Shown here: piece by piece, positions 1 to 7,656 of the stretch | Layout of the letters: every line of letters starts with the position of its first letter | How positions within the stretch are numbered: position 1 is the stretch's first letter | From: Clostridia bacterium | GTDB taxonomy: Bacteria; Bacillota; Clostridia; Oscillospirales; CAG-272 | Length of the DNA stretch: 64,000 nucleotides | NCBI GenBank assembly: GCA_017959065.1 | Contig: JAGDBK010000064.1 | Span: forward strand, 1,775-65,774 | Direction of reading: 5' to 3' | Notes under the pieces: model-generated | The model's input: only the letters and a program-made list of their open reading frames with translations | Databases searched by the model: none | What the model was told of the DNA's origin: nothing | Made by a program: the position numbers and the translations under genes

Positions 1-1784
1 TCTGCGGCGTTTTCCTTCAGATATGGATATACCGTATCCTCCTCCAGCACTTTTTTCATCCGGGCGAGAATCTTTGTGTGTATTTCTCCGTAACCTCCCG
101 GCCAGGAAATCTCCATTTTTCCGTCTACAGCTTTGACATAGATCAGTTTTCTGGGTATATCGAGTTCTTCAACTTCCCAGACTTTTCCGGCCAGGGCAAA
201 CCGGTCCCCGACCGGAGGCGGTGACGGAATGGTCCCGATCTCATCGGATCCGCAGCGGACGGTGAATTCCTCATCATCCCTGAAAACGGCATAGAAATGG
301 AAATCATTTACAAGACGTTCCCCTTTCAATCCGATGATCAGGGTCTTTTCGGCAGTGTACTCAAGGAAATCGTTTTCTATCATTGAGACGAGCAGACTGC
401 GGTAATCTTCCTTTGAAACATGTGAGAACGGCGGAAGCGAGAGAATCTTCTCTGCCATCCTTTTCGGAGACAGTTCACCCGAACACATAAGAAGGGAAAG
501 GGTCTGCTGGAAAAGCAGACTGAACGGAAGCTTTTTGTTTTGAGGAGGCTCGATGAAGCGCTCTTCCACATAGAGCTGGATGATAGCGATCGCCTGAAGC
601 AGGCTCCAGGGGATCAGCTGGGGCAGAGGAGTGTTCGGAAGGGGAACCCCTTCCCTGAAAACCATCATCATTTCCGGCGGAGCCTCTCTTCTTCCGGATC
701 TGCCCAGACGCTGAAGAAAAGACGACACCGAGTTCGGGGCCCCGTTGTGAAGGATCCTTTCCAAACGGCCTATGTCGATACCGAGCTCCATGGTCACAGT
801 AGCGCATACAACGCTCTGAACGTCCTCCTTGAGCTTTGATTCGGCATATTCCCGAAGAGATGCGGACAGGTTGCCGTGGTGTATCAGAAAAACGTCACGT
901 TCTCCGCGCGCTTTGGCGATCTGTCTTAAGGTCGCGGTAATGTATTCGGTCTCTTCGCGCGAGTTGGAAAAAACGATTGATTTTTTATCTTTTACGCAGT
1001 CGTACATATATTCATAGCCGGGGTCAAGCGCTGCGTGTGTCTTGCTTCCGGGGCCGTTTTTTTCTCCCGTATAAAAATGTTCGAGTCCGAGGCGCCATCT
1101 TATGCCGTTCCCTGGAAATTCTGGGACTATGGTACCTCTCCCGCTCCCCGCCTCAAGCCATTTCGCTGTCGTTTCAGTGTCTCCCACGGTAGCGGACAGT
1201 CCTATCCTCCTCGGTGAGCAGCCGGCGATTCCGGACAACCGGCACAACTGGCAGATTATCTGATATCCCCTGTCGTAGCCGATCAGTGAGTGAAGCTCGT
1301 CTATGATAACGAAACGGAGATTGCGGAATATCCGGATGATATCCGGGCCTCTGCGGATCAGCATGCTTTCCAGAGACTCGGGGGTTATCTGGAGCACTCC
1401 GGACGGATTGCTGAGGAATTTTGACTTTGAGGAGGAGGCGACATCGCCGTGCCATTTGGTAACCGGTATGCCTGTATAGTCCAGAAGCTGGTCTATCCGT
1501 GAAAACTGATCGTTTATCAGGCTTTTAAGCGGAGCGATATAAAGCACTCCGACAGATTCCGGCGGATCTGAACAAAGCATGGAGAGTATCGGGAAGAATG
1601 CCGCTTCGGTTTTGCCGGAAGCAGTGGAGGAAGTCAGAAGAAGGTTTTCCTCAGAGTTGAATATAGCTTCAGCGGCGGCAATCTGGATAGGTCTGAGTTC
1701 ATTCCAGCCGCGGGAATAGATATACTCCCGGATAAATGGTGTAAATCTCGAAAAGATCTCATCGGCAGTTGGAAGCTGATTCAT
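1..1784 (-). CDS. Lhr-like DExH-box SF2 helicase, first ~594 codons only (gene runs off the left edge); SngC-like third gene of a Shango-type operon
   Basis: The frame is open from ATG 1784..1782 (SD GGGGAGG 4 nt upstream) to the window edge. It is absent from the ORF track because it has no stop in the window. My translation begins MNQLPTADEIFSRFTPFIREYIYSRGWNELRPIQ. Motifs seen: Walker A TASGKTEA (1602-1625), motif II DELH (1290-1301), motif III GLSATVGD (1179-1202). Confidence 0.85.
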   Translation of the reverse strand, partial: MNQLPTADEIFSRFTPFIREYIYSRGWNELRPIQIAAAEAIFNSEENLLLTSSTASGKTEAAFFPILSMLCSDPPESVGVLYIAPLKSLINDQFSRIDQLLDYTGIPVTKWHGDVASSSKSKFLSNPSGVLQITPESLESMLIRRGPDIIRIFRNLRFVIIDELHSLIGYDRGYQIICQLCRLSGIAGCSPRRIGLSATVGDTETTAKWLEAGSGRGTIVPEFPGNGIRWRLGLEHFYTGEKNGPGSKTHAALDPGYEYMYDCVKDKKSIVFSNSREETEYITATLRQIAKARGERDVFLIHHGNLSASLREYAESKLKEDVQSVVCATVTMELGIDIGRLERILHNGAPNSVSSFLQRLGRSGRREAPPEMMMVFREGVPLPNTPLPQLIPWSLLQAIAIIQLYVEERFIEPPQNKKLPFSLLFQQTLSLLMCSGELSPKRMAEKILSLPPFSHVSKEDYRSLLVSMIENDFLEYTAEKTLIIGLKGERLVNDFHFYAVFRDDEEFTVRCGSDEIGTIPSPPPVGDRFALAGKVWEVEELDIPRKLIYVKAVDGKMEISWPGGYGEIHTKILARMKKVLEEDTVYPYLKENAA

Positions 1785-1804
1785 GTTACCTCCCCAAAAC
1801 GCTG

Positions 1805-3160
1805 TCACAGATCAAAATCTGTCAAGCTGACGCCTGCTTTTTTCTCGACACCGTTGTTCTTTTCGGCACCGGTCCTCGTATCTGCCGGCGCGATGGATTT
1901 CAGAAGCTGATCAAAAGATGCGGATCCGTCCTGCATGAGTATGTCAAGGATCTCCAGATAGTCCCTTATTACTTCGCGGGGCGTTATCATAACATTTGCG
2001 CCCATCCGTGAAAGTTCGACTTCCAGAAAGGCGATCCGCTGCTCGCCGCTGACAGTCACTGAATCCGGATAGTACTGTTTGTGAAGGATCGAAAGCCGGG
2101 TGATCAGGGCCAGCAGTTCATTGTCCGAGAGAGGACGCAGCCGTATCAGAGGGCTTAAAAGATTGGTATAGTTCTTTCCCAGAAAAGCTCCTTCGGACAG
2201 ACGGCTTCTCAGAGCTTCGTAGCTGAAAAGACCTCTTCTGGTATCTTCCAGGAATTCCGGAGTTCCACCGAAAATAAACACCAGACCCGGGGCCCGACCG
2301 CCAAGAGTATCGTTGAAGATCGAAAGGATCTTTTCGTAATTGCCTTCTCTGGAGATCCTGTTCGGAATCTTGAAAAGATTGACGCATTCGTCTATCAGTA
2401 CCAGAAGTCCGGAGAAACCGATCTTTTTCGCAAAACTTGCGAGCAGTTTTATGTAATCGTACCAGTTGTCATCGAAGATAATCGAGGAGATCGGGATCCC
2501 GAGAGCGTTTCTTGCCTCGGTCTTCGTTGAGTACTCTCCGCGCAGCCATCTCAGGGCGGCGCTCTTTTTTTCGTCGTCATCGTCTTCGTGTGCTTTGTAA
2601 TAATATGAAAGCACACTGGCAAAATCGAATCCGCCGACGGAGTCTTCTGTCTCGCGTATAACTTTGTATATTTTTGACCTGACCAGATCATTGTACTCTT
2701 CGGTGCCGGGGATCAGCCCGCTTTCCGCGGCCTGAGATCCGATGCCGGCAAAAAAAGAGGAGATGATTTTTGACAGGGCATTGCCGTCCGGGCAGGATCT
2801 CGAAGACATGTTCCTTATCAGTTCCCGATATGTCGCCGCACCGGCACCGGAAGAACCGAACAGTTTTCTGTCAGGCGAAAGATCTGCGTCACAAACCAGA
2901 AAGCCCCTGTCAAGAGCAGTCTCCCTTATAAGCTGCATAAGGAAGCTTTTGCCGGATCCGTAACGGCCGATAATAAACCTGGTGGAACACCCGCCGTCCG
3001 CGGCGCTGTCAAGATCCGCCGAAAGCGCGGCGACCTCTTTTTCTCTTCCGATCGCTATATAATGTGCCCCTTTGCGAGGCACGACCCCTGCGGAAACAGA
3101 AGTCAGTAACGATGAAAGGACCCTCTTCGGTATCATTGTCTCATTATCGGAAGGTTTCAT
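1805..3160 (-). CDS. P-loop ATPase of the DUF2791/BrxD-like family (SngB-like)
   Basis: ORF 1805..3163; ATG at 3160 follows an in-frame TTG. Walker A is RFIIGRYGSGKSFL and Walker B is LLVLIDECVN. Its stop lies 20 nt before the helicase ATG. Confidence 0.8.
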   Translation of the reverse strand: MKPSDNETMIPKRVLSSLLTSVSAGVVPRKGAHYIAIGREKEVAALSADLDSAADGGCSTRFIIGRYGSGKSFLMQLIRETALDRGFLVCDADLSPDRKLFGSSGAGAATYRELIRNMSSRSCPDGNALSKIISSFFAGIGSQAAESGLIPGTEEYNDLVRSKIYKVIRETEDSVGGFDFASVLSYYYKAHEDDDDEKKSAALRWLRGEYSTKTEARNALGIPISSIIFDDNWYDYIKLLASFAKKIGFSGLLVLIDECVNLFKIPNRISREGNYEKILSIFNDTLGGRAPGLVFIFGGTPEFLEDTRRGLFSYEALRSRLSEGAFLGKNYTNLLSPLIRLRPLSDNELLALITRLSILHKQYYPDSVTVSGEQRIAFLEVELSRMGANVMITPREVIRDYLEILDILMQDGSASFDQLLKSIAPADTRTGAEKNNGVEKKAGVSLTDFDL

Positions 3161-3272
3161 CAAAATACCAGCGATTCTCCGTCCGGAAAGCGGCGGAGAG
3201 GATCGCTATCCCTTCAAACAGAATTTTTATATCATTAATCGGCCTGCGTCAGGCTGCCTGTTTTTCTGTCGG

Positions 3273-4946
3273 TCAGCAGACCGGGAACAAAAAACGTGAG
3301 ACTGCGTCACGGTATTCTTCAATGACCGAATAGCCTTTGTCTGTTTCCTCAAGCAGAATGTCTCCGAATGAGGAAACGGCTTTGTCATTTACGGATGAAG
3401 CTGTGTTGTCGGCGTCGATTCCCCGGATCCCCTGCTTGCCGGAAACGATGTCTTTGAGAAAACGTTTTTCCTCTTCGGACAATGAGGAAAAAATGTCGGC
3501 AAATCCGTCATCCTGAACTTCTTCAGCTGATTCCTGCGCGATGTTATCCCGCTCTGACGAAAAGCTTTGAACTGAATCATCAGAGGCGCTGCCTTCTTCG
3601 GCGTGCGTTTCATAACTGTCAGAACGCCTGTCGAGCAGAACGGCCATCTCCCAGGAGTTTTTCTCGATCTCGTCGGACAGCTTTATGTCAAATCCGGTAT
3701 GTAAAGGCTCGTATTTTTTCAAATACTCTTCGTCCTGGGCCTCAGCTCTGACTCCGCCGGTTCCATGCGGTTTTTTTGCCGCGGAAAGCGGAAGCTCTGA
3801 ATCGAGGTATTCGTACAGAACAGATCTTATCCTTTCCGGAAGCTGCGGTGCATTAAGCTTTTTTCTCAGGCCCAGAAATGAGCGTATCCGATTCTCCGTG
3901 TTTTTAACGACAGCCGTGACCAGCGCCTTGAGCTCGATTGATTCCGAGAATGAATAATACTCGATATCCAGATGCAGCCTGACATTCTGCGACGGAAGGG
4001 AAGCGGTATAGGCATCCCTTGATTTGAGCGTAAGGACCGGGGAGATGTTCCTGAGTTCAGTGTGTTCCGAGATATAGGAGAGGGCTCCGGCCATGTGCTT
4101 TGAAAACAGATCGGCGTTCTCTTCGGTAAGGATCTTGCTGTCATGCCAGTTGTAGGCGGAAGTGAGATCGATCAGCGCGGAAGATAAAATGCTGTTTTTA
4201 TCTGAATGCTCGCCTGATACGCCTGCGAGGAACAGTTCTTTAATCGATGCTTTTTTTAGTATTCTGCCTATGATCGGGCGGAGTTTGTCCCTGTCGGGAA
4301 GAAGTTTGTGGATCAGGCAGTAGTCGCACATCCATTCGCACAGATACTTATCCAGTTCAGGGAAAGAATTCCTGTAATTCAGCCATATGTCGGACATCGC
4401 AGCCAGTCCGGCCATCGGTTCAATAAGATCGGGAAAGTTTATGATCTCATACAGCATGAGGAGCAGATAGCTCAGGTCCGCTTTCGGGAAAGTACCATGC
4501 CTGACGGAGTTCCTGAGATAATAATAATAATTCAGCTGACTGCGGCTCATTGACGAATACTGCGGTATATACGAAAAGAAAGGCTGATAATCGCATTCTT
4601 CCGCGGCAGTTCCAATATTCTTGCGGCCGAATGAAATGAAATGATCATAGAAACAGTAAGGGGAGCGCCTGGAGCTGACGGTCACGTTGCCGAAAAGCGG
4701 GGAATCCGGGTGATATACGTAAAGAATCTTTGAATTGACGGGACCGGATTCTTTAAACGATAATCTGAGAGAATCCTTTGGAATATCGGCGCCGGCTTCG
4801 CCGGGATTAGCGGGAAGATCGATTTCAGCGGCCGCGGCTGTATCCGGCCGCTCTGCAGAGACAGGCGGCTTTGGCGGCTTATTGGATGATTTTTCCAGAA
4901 GCTCGCTCAGATCCCAGAATTTCTCGGACCATTCCGGCATAGGCAC
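3273..4946 (-). CDS. TerB-N / TerB-C domain protein (SngA-like)
   Basis: 557 aa; SD GGAGGAG lies upstream of ATG 4946. TerB-N-like block: FFSYIPQYSSMSRSQLNYYYYLRNSVRHGTFPKADLSYLLLMLYEIINFPD. A Pro/Ala-rich N-terminus, an acidic linker and a C-terminal block consistent with TerB-C are present. Confidence 0.75.
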   Translation of the reverse strand: MPMPEWSEKFWDLSELLEKSSNKPPKPPVSAERPDTAAAAEIDLPANPGEAGADIPKDSLRLSFKESGPVNSKILYVYHPDSPLFGNVTVSSRRSPYCFYDHFISFGRKNIGTAAEECDYQPFFSYIPQYSSMSRSQLNYYYYLRNSVRHGTFPKADLSYLLLMLYEIINFPDLIEPMAGLAAMSDIWLNYRNSFPELDKYLCEWMCDYCLIHKLLPDRDKLRPIIGRILKKASIKELFLAGVSGEHSDKNSILSSALIDLTSAYNWHDSKILTEENADLFSKHMAGALSYISEHTELRNISPVLTLKSRDAYTASLPSQNVRLHLDIEYYSFSESIELKALVTAVVKNTENRIRSFLGLRKKLNAPQLPERIRSVLYEYLDSELPLSAAKKPHGTGGVRAEAQDEEYLKKYEPLHTGFDIKLSDEIEKNSWEMAVLLDRRSDSYETHAEEGSASDDSVQSFSSERDNIAQESAEEVQDDGFADIFSSLSEEEKRFLKDIVSGKQGIRGIDADNTASSVNDKAVSSFGDILLEETDKGYSVIEEYRDAVSRFLFPVC

Positions 4947-4967
4947 TCCTCCTGACGGATAGAATTC

Positions 4968-5007
4968 GAAACAAAAGCGGGCTTCACTTCTGATGGGAAA
5001 GCCCGCT
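4968..5007 (-). terminator. Intrinsic terminator after the MGS-like gene
   Basis: 9-bp stem AGCGGGCTT (4976-4984) pairs with AAGCCCGCT (4999-5007). On the minus strand it is followed by TTTTGTTT. Confidence 0.6.
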
Positions 5008-5055
5008 AAAGGAATTAAGACGATTCAGCTTTTCGCTGCTGCGGCAGCGCCGCGG

Positions 5056-5490
5056 TTATTTGTTCGCCTTCTTTTTCTGGTTATAATAAGAATGTGGGTT
5101 AACCAGCTCTCTCCAGTCCAGGTCGCCGCGGTCCAGGGCACATATCAGCGCTTCGGCAGTGGCTATGTTGGTCGCTGTCGGAACATTGTGAACATCGCAC
5201 ATGCGAAGGAGACTGTATTTGTTGTCTTTGTCCGCCTGACTTTCATCCGGACTGTGGAAGATCAGAAGAACATCTATCTCATCGTATGCAACGCGGGAAG
5301 TTATCTGCTGAAGCGCGTCCTGATCCTGAGACAGGATGCATTCGATGTCGAGTCCAGTGGCTTCGGATATATATTTTCCGGTTGAACCGGTTGAACACAA
5401 TTCGTGCTTACTGAGGATCCCGCAGTAGGCAATGCAGAACTGGGTCATCAGTTCCATTTTGGTTTCATCGGATATGACTGCAATTACCAT
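5056..5490 (-). CDS. MGS-like (methylglyoxal synthase fold) protein with substituted catalytic residues
   Basis: Start refined to ATG 5490 (SD GGAGGA; sequence MVIAVISDETK...). It aligns without gaps, by eye, to MgsA: HELCSTGSTG vs H.LYATGTTG and NVPTATNIATA vs N.P.ATN..TA. However AHD becomes ISD, GGDQQ becomes DALQQ, and PHDPD becomes ADKDN. Confidence 0.75.
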   Translation of the reverse strand: MVIAVISDETKMELMTQFCIAYCGILSKHELCSTGSTGKYISEATGLDIECILSQDQDALQQITSRVAYDEIDVLLIFHSPDESQADKDNKYSLLRMCDVHNVPTATNIATAEALICALDRGDLDWRELVNPHSYYNQKKKANK

Positions 5491-5504
5491 TAATATCCTC
5501 CTTT

Positions 5505-6308
5505 TTAACGAGTCAGAAGTTTCTTGCGGCTTATGTTTTTCCAACCTTTGAACAGCGGTACACTGTTTCCCGAGATCCTTGCGGCAATGTTTCTGAATGC
5601 TGACGTAACATTGCGGCAGTCAAGATCGGAGGCGAGCTGGCCGTGTTCTCCTCCTATGGCGAACTCTTCGCTGAAGGGAATGATCCCAATGGTGGGAAGG
5701 ACTGCTTTTTCTATCATTTCGATAATACCGACCCTGTTCCCTACAAGAACAGATTCGGCGTCAAACTCGTTGATTATCAGAAAGCAGTTTCTGAGGCCCA
5801 GCGAATAGAGCGCGGAGGCAGAACTGTCAGCCGCTCTCAGGGCGGTCGGATGATGTGTTGAAACGATCAGAGCGGTATCGGAGACGGAGGATGCAAGTTC
5901 AAGAGGCTTTCCGAGCGCTCCGGGCGTATCAATCAGAATGTAGTCCAGTTCCATGTCTCTGGCGGCCGTTTCGAGAGCGGCCTTGAAGCTTTCCTCCTCT
6001 GGAATGGAGTCGTCGGGGGAAAACGGATCAAGATACGGAGCAGATACAGAAAACAGACCGGAACTGCGACGGTCGGCGACAGAAGCGACCGACATCGGTA
6101 CTGTCCCGCGGCACACGTCGCTGATGTCATACAGCCCGGAACTCTCGGCCCCGAGTATCAGGTCCAGACAGCGATTGCTGAAATCGCAGTCGACAAGCAG
6201 AACCCGGCTGCCCGCTTCTGCAAGATAATATCCCAGATTCGCGGTAACGGTCGACTTACCAACGCCGCCTTTGCAGGAAGTGATAAGTATTGTTCTACAT
6301 CTTTTCAT
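5505..6308 (-). CDS. MinD/ParA-family P-loop ATPase (MinD-like, orphan)
   Basis: Deviant Walker A is TSCKGGVGKSTVTANLG. The MinD-like stretch LLVDCDFSNRCLDLILGAE..YDISDV is present. The basic/amphipathic C-terminus is PLFKGWKNISRKKLL. Its stop is 14 nt before the MGS-like ATG. Confidence 0.8.
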   Translation of the reverse strand: MKRCRTILITSCKGGVGKSTVTANLGYYLAEAGSRVLLVDCDFSNRCLDLILGAESSGLYDISDVCRGTVPMSVASVADRRSSGLFSVSAPYLDPFSPDDSIPEEESFKAALETAARDMELDYILIDTPGALGKPLELASSVSDTALIVSTHHPTALRAADSSASALYSLGLRNCFLIINEFDAESVLVGNRVGIIEMIEKAVLPTIGIIPFSEEFAIGGEHGQLASDLDCRNVTSAFRNIAARISGNSVPLFKGWKNISRKKLLTR

Positions 6309-6433
6309 CTCAGTACAATGATGAGGTCCTGATTCAGAGATCGGACAGCATCCTTTCCGAATTTGATCTCAATGACTTGTGGAGACGATGTCCCTGAAAG
6401 CATACGGTTACAAGACAGGGTCTGTACCGGGAA

Positions 6434-7066
6434 TCACCCGATCAGGGAGTCAATTATCGGGGAAACGTATTTGCAGTAAAGCCCGCCGATGTACTCTGCA
6501 CCTTCGGGCGACGGATGTACGCCGTCTTTACCGAACGTGAGGGGATCCATGCCGAGAGTTCCGGCATACAGGAGTCCGTCGGTCGGGACAAAAGCATCCG
6601 CATACTCAAGGGCAAGCTTTCTGACTATGTCGATCTTCGGGTCAAGATCTTCGCGGAAGAACAGCATGCCTTCGTTATGAAGGATAAACGGTTCCATCAG
6701 CATTATCTTTGCGTTGGTCTTCTCCTTGATCGCGTCGAGAATGGTGCGGTAACGTTCCTCGAACACTTCCCCGGGGATCCAGCTGCGGTCGTCCGCGTGG
6801 TGCCAAACGTCGTTGACGCCTATCATGATGGAAACGATATCGGGCTGTATGTCGATAAAATCTCTCTGGAGGCGGGCAACGAGGTCCTTGGTCTGGTGTC
6901 CGCTTATTCCGAGGTTGATGAATTCAAACTCAATATCCGGGTATTTTGCGCTGATTTTTTCAGAGGCATATTTCGGGTAGCCTTTTCCCATATCGTGATA
7001 GTTGCTGTGATCACGGAATGCGTCGGTAACACTGTCTCCCTGAAACAGAATCTTGATTTTTTTCAT
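6434..7066 (-). CDS. SGNH/GDSL-family hydrolase
   Basis: Block I is FQGDSVTD, followed by GVNDVWH, and block V is DGVHPS. SD AGGAGAAA precedes ATG 7066. Confidence 0.85.
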   Translation of the reverse strand: MKKIKILFQGDSVTDAFRDHSNYHDMGKGYPKYASEKISAKYPDIEFEFINLGISGHQTKDLVARLQRDFIDIQPDIVSIMIGVNDVWHHADDRSWIPGEVFEERYRTILDAIKEKTNAKIMLMEPFILHNEGMLFFREDLDPKIDIVRKLALEYADAFVPTDGLLYAGTLGMDPLTFGKDGVHPSPEGAEYIGGLYCKYVSPIIDSLIG

Positions 7067-7516
7067 AATAGATTTCTCCTGTCTTAGGATTTGAGATTAA
7101 TGGCGGAAGGTAAAAAAGCCCTATATAAAATACTATCTCTTTTTTTATTAAAAATCAATAGTTGCCGGACTAATAATGATAGTTTCGCTACGGTTTCGTC
7201 AATTCGGCAGGAGTCTGCATTCCCGGTCCCGAACATATCGCGCGGGGCTGCGGGCCCGGTCCCGGGATCAGCTGTCTCAGAAGCGGTGACCTGGCATTGG
7301 CGGGCGGTTTCGGGGGCCGCATTATGGATGTTTTTTCAGTTTTTATGCATTTTCGGCTGCCTATCTGCGTACAGGCTGCGGATGCCATCCCGGAGTAAAA
7401 GGTACGGGACACCCGGAAAAGACGGATACGATGGTTCTGTCCGAAAGACGGTCTTCCTTGAGGTTGATCCGGGACCGCGGCGGGTCCGGACGGAGTGTAT
7501 TTGTTTCCAAAAATTA

Positions 7517-7545
7517 TTGTAAAAAAACCGCTGCTGCTGTATAAT
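7517..7545 (+). promoter_or_regulatory. Putative sigma-A promoter of glyA
   Basis: TTGTAA (7517-7522), 17-nt spacer, TATAAT (7540-7545), with TG immediately upstream. Confidence 0.5.
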
Positions 7546-7656
7546 CATAAAGTGGGCGAAGATGTGTTTCCGTTTGTGAAACGGGCCCATCTTTCCGGCT
7601 TTTTTATAGCATTTATACGGACATGCCCAATGATGATTAGACACGGGAGACGGGAA

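Noticed and set aside
3164-3272. The 109-nt spacer between the TerB gene and the ATPase gene, containing hairpin GCCTG-cgt-CAGGC (3242-3254) next to a T-run on the plus strand
   Set aside because: The T-run is on the wrong side for a minus-strand terminator. The stem is only 5 bp, and the candidate internal promoter (CTGACG..TATAAA) is weak. This is not enough evidence for an internal regulatory element.
6305-6403. 32-aa minus-strand ORF (MLSGTSSPQVIEIKFGKDAVRSLNQDLIIVLR) whose TGA overlaps the MinD-like ATG (ATGA). It could be a MinC remnant or a coupled leader peptide.
   Set aside because: There is no SD upstream of its ATG, it is too short to assign, and it has no recognisable motif. It is kept only as a note; ribosome profiling or conservation would be needed.
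1-7066. Whether the Shango / MinD-like / SGNH block is a mobile genomic island
   Set aside because: No integrase, transposase, recombinase, tRNA-adjacent att site or obvious GC shift is visible inside the window, and the left boundary lies outside it. Only the repeat-bounded GC-rich spacer at 7190-7490 hints at a junction, so mobility is unsupported here.
7281-7375. Possible ZTP (pfl-motif) riboswitch upstream of glyA. GCGG-UGAC-CUGGCA...CGGGGG-CCGC resembles the 5' sub-domain (GUGACUGGCG ... CCGGGG). GGCUGCCUAUC at about 7354 loosely resembles the 3' CCGCCUGGGC element.
   Set aside because: The highly conserved 3' CCGCCUGGGC pseudoknot sequence is not present. The element lies about 340 nt from glyA, with an independent promoter (7517-7545) in between, and there is no matching expression platform. 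A cmscan with RF01750 would settle it.
7091-7522. 143-aa plus-strand ORF filling the SGNH-glyA gap
   Set aside because: It has a non-ATG start, no SD, and low-complexity Gly/Pro/Ala/Arg composition typical of a random frame through GC-rich DNA. It has no recognisable motif and overlaps the glyA promoter.
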